Shown in pieces: positions 61,779 to 64,000 of a stretch of 64,000 nucleotides of DNA. Both the position numbers and the translations under genes were made by a program. The notes under the pieces were generated by a model that had not been told where the DNA came from, ran no database searches, and saw nothing but the letters and a program-made list of their open reading frames with translations. The first letter of the stretch is position 1, and every line of letters begins with the position of its first letter. This stretch comes from an uncultured Gammaproteobacteria bacterium (GTDB lineage Bacteria > Patescibacteriota > Microgenomatia > Levybacterales > GWA1-39-11): positions 3,497 to 67,496 of the forward strand of contig CAZEGF010000008.1 in the NCBI GenBank assembly GCA_964511965.1. The letters are read 5' to 3'.

Positions 61779-63059
61779 ATGACAGAAGAAATTATAAATG
61801 ACGCAATGGCAAACATTGCACAAAAAAGACAAGAGATTCAAGGAACAAAGACGAATGTTTTGACCCGTCCGGAAGCAAGCAGAGAAGACCCGGATGCAAA
61901 AAGAAGTCCAACAAATAGACTTATTCGTGGATCCTTAGCCCATGCGCTTACATTTCTTCGGGATGACCCGCGAGTAACTGGGGAAAATAGACAAGTTTTG
62001 TATGATTTTGCCAGAGAAGAGAGAGAATTAGCTTCAAACCTAGACAAATTAGATGCCCAATATCGTTCAAACACAGCTGAATACGATGATGGAAAGGGCG
62101 GGAAAATCCATACGGTAACGCTTGACCTCAAAGAACTTACCGAAGGAGAAGAAGATACACGGGTTCCGTGGGTAATGATAGGAGGAGCTTCATCAACTGA
62201 TGAAGGAAATGCAGAGCTTCCCATGGCTATGGCACTTCAGGGAGAAAAAGTCACCATTCTTACGTACCCTGAACAAATGAAATTGCAAAAAGGAGGAGAT
62301 GGTAGAAGTATTTTGGAATCACTTAGCAATAAAGGACAGGAAGACCTGGCGATATTTAAAAATGTTGCTCCACAAGTAGGATACGCAAAAACAAATTTAC
62401 TGGGTCATTCATTGGGTGGAGCAATGGTACTATCAATGGCATCAGACCCGGAATTTGCTTCAAAAATGGGAATAGAAAACGTAGTAGTTATGGCACCCAC
62501 TGGATTTGAAAAAAGAAGATTTGTAGGAATTAGTAAAGCATTTCTAGATGAAGGAGGGAAACTCAATAGCGACCCAGAGGCAAAAGTTTTTCTTGATCAA
62601 GGTGTTGTAGATGCTAACAGACCATCAGGAGTAGGGGGAGGAGAAGGGATTAAAGGTCAAATAAAGCTGGGAATCGATTTAGTAAGTGGAGGGAAGGCAG
62701 CTGCTACAAAGATGATAGATGGTGAAGTTCTAGCCCGTGCAGCTTCAAATATACAAGGAGATCTTGAAATATGGACCTCGAGTAACGATAAAATAATTAA
62801 CGCAGATGCAATAGCTGGAGTTGTTGGTGAAGCACCGTTCACCACCAATAATGTTTCTCTTTATAGCATGGAGGGTGGGAACCACAATTCATACTTTACT
62901 GAATTTGGTTTTAATCGAGCGAGGCAAGAAGAACAACAAGCTCGTCATGAAGCTCAAACCACAGCTATCGGCAAAAAAGTAAGTATGGAATCTGTGGAGC
63001 GGTCAGGTGCTGAATTTATTCTCAAGCAAATGCAAGTTCCTACTTCTGAGGCTGCGTGA
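61779..63059 (+). CDS. Alpha/beta-fold hydrolase (esterase/lipase-like), GC mildly elevated
   Basis: Nucleophile elbow GHSLGG (GxSxG). Start moved to the internal Met at 61779 to avoid a roughly 100-nt antisense overlap with the GT4 gene. Confidence 0.5.
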   Translation: MTEEIINDAMANIAQKRQEIQGTKTNVLTRPEASREDPDAKRSPTNRLIRGSLAHALTFLRDDPRVTGENRQVLYDFAREERELASNLDKLDAQYRSNTAEYDDGKGGKIHTVTLDLKELTEGEEDTRVPWVMIGGASSTDEGNAELPMAMALQGEKVTILTYPEQMKLQKGGDGRSILESLSNKGQEDLAIFKNVAPQVGYAKTNLLGHSLGGAMVLSMASDPEFASKMGIENVVVMAPTGFEKRRFVGISKAFLDEGGKLNSDPEAKVFLDQGVVDANRPSGVGGGEGIKGQIKLGIDLVSGGKAAATKMIDGEVLARAASNIQGDLEIWTSSNDKIINADAIAGVVGEAPFTTNNVSLYSMEGGNHNSYFTEFGFNRARQEEQQARHEAQTTAIGKKVSMESVERSGAEFILKQMQVPTSEAA

Positions 63060-63071
63060 TATGATATTCAA

Positions 63072-63767
63072 ATGAAAGTTAGTGTTGTTATCCCCGCTTA
63101 CAACGAAGAGCACAATATTGGTGCTTGTCTTGATTCAATCCACAATCAGACGCAAAAAGCATTCGAAGTTATCGTCGTCGACAATAATTCGACAGACAAC
63201 ACTGCAATTGTTGCGAAAGAACATGGTGCAAAAGTAGTATTTGAGGCAAAACGGGGTATTATTCCTGCTCGAGACCGGGGATTTAATGAAGCAACCGGGG
63301 ATGTGATAGTAAGGACAGATGCAGACACCATAGTACCGCGTAATTGGATATCAAAAATTTCCCATCATTTTGAGGATAAAACAGTTGATAGGTTGGCTGG
63401 AGGAAGTGTGTTCTATCGTCCGTGGATGTGGCCAATATTTAATATGTTCGTATTTTGGGATAATGATATATTTGGATACAAAGCATTATTTGGGCCTAAT
63501 TTTGCTATTAGAAAAAGTGCTTGGGATAAAGTCAAAAATGAACTTTGTCATGACAACGTAAAATTTCATGAGGATTTAGACCTTGCTATTCATTTAAGTA
63601 ATTATGGACGATATGCGCGGGATTATTCTATTAAAGTAGATACATCAACAAGAAGGGTAGCTCATATCTCTTCATTTTTTATAGATTATCCTTTGAAATG
63701 GGTACGAACTGTTTTTTTGAAGAAACACAGGAGATTAAGTTCAAATCCGTTGTTTAAACACCTCTAG
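63072..63767 (+). CDS. Glycosyltransferase family 2 (GT-A)
   Basis: VVIPAYNEE start, DNNSTD (DxD-like) and RTDADT motifs. Confidence 0.7.
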   Translation: MKVSVVIPAYNEEHNIGACLDSIHNQTQKAFEVIVVDNNSTDNTAIVAKEHGAKVVFEAKRGIIPARDRGFNEATGDVIVRTDADTIVPRNWISKISHHFEDKTVDRLAGGSVFYRPWMWPIFNMFVFWDNDIFGYKALFGPNFAIRKSAWDKVKNELCHDNVKFHEDLDLAIHLSNYGRYARDYSIKVDTSTRRVAHISSFFIDYPLKWVRTVFLKKHRRLSSNPLFKHL

Positions 63768-63770
63768 AAA

Positions 63771-64000
63771 TTATTTCCCACGCTTTCTGAAGAAGAAATA
63801 ATAAACTCCGGCAATAATAATCACCGAAATTATCTGATTTTGAAGACCTTTATCTATACCTGGAATTAATTCTGAAATACTTTCAATATAAAATACATTA
63901 ATGTAAGAAAAATCCCAATGTCTTATTGCTAGAATGAAGGTGACAGCAATATGAATAATTGCAAATAAAACAAACATATCGCGAAGAGCGTCAAAGAATC
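63771..64000 (-). CDS. Membrane protein, 3'-terminal part only. The ORF stays open to the window edge, so the 5' end is beyond the window
   Basis: No in-frame stop between 63978 and 64000 on the minus strand. Hydrophobic. Confidence 0.35.
   Translation of the reverse strand, partial: FFDALRDMFVLFAIIHIAVTFILAIRHWDFSYINVFYIESISELIPGIDKGLQNQIISVIIIAGVYYFFFRKRGK

Overview
The window is 64 kb of a low-GC (about 35% by eye) bacterial chromosome with streamlined, partly overlapping genes. The gene content looks like Candidate Phyla Radiation / Patescibacteria, but that lineage call is an inference from the genes present. It rests on two class-A PBPs, a DUF4012-like giant envelope protein, a stand-alone PolA 5'-3' exonuclease, an ATP-dependent DNA ligase, two free-standing four-helix-bundle (23S-IVS-type) genes, an archaeal-type PyrH, and short enzymes such as a ValS with no C-terminal coiled coil.

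I annotate about 80 CDS. The main blocks are:
- a pentose-phosphate trio (rpe, rpiB, pfkB-type kinase);
- rpmH-rnpA-yidC-jag (rpmH was missed by the ORF track);
- cell-envelope genes (two PBP1A paralogues, an O-antigen-ligase-like protein, a flippase, DUF4012-like and DUF2207 proteins, GT4 and GT2 glycosyltransferases);
- murI-murD-trpS-acyP-yidD-ftsH;
- a tyrosine recombinase next to five tRNAs (Arg-GCG, Ser-CGA, Arg-CCG, Ser-GGA, Met-CAT) that carry duplicated tRNA fragments;
- a thymidylate/dNTP operon (tmk-dcd-HD-Nudix-thyA-folA);
- repair genes (fpg, recF, ogt-like, ATP-dependent ligase) and a Fic protein.

The observations most worth a second look are:
1. Two compositionally foreign high-GC (about 55-63%) single-gene islands (about 1850-3150 and 37740-39290). 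Each encodes a secreted or surface-anchored protein and carries its own terminator-like hairpin.
2. An orphan soluble VirD4/TraG/VirB4-type P-loop ATPase with a roughly 350-aa N-terminal domain of unknown function, immediately upstream of the second island.
3. A genome-wide family of 7-nt-period micro-tandem repeats (3-5 units) at 14 or more loci. Several are in-frame insertions inside conserved enzymes (murD, valS, the DNA ligase twice, the PHP protein, the DUF2207 signal peptide).
4. A tRNA cluster next to an integrase that shows 5' and 3' tRNA-fragment duplications and flanking inverted repeats.
5. Two candidate operators: a Crp/FNR-type GTGTTA-N6-TAACAC site in the regulator's own promoter, and a 15-bp perfect palindrome on a near-consensus promoter.

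All functional calls are motif recognition by eye; no searches were run.
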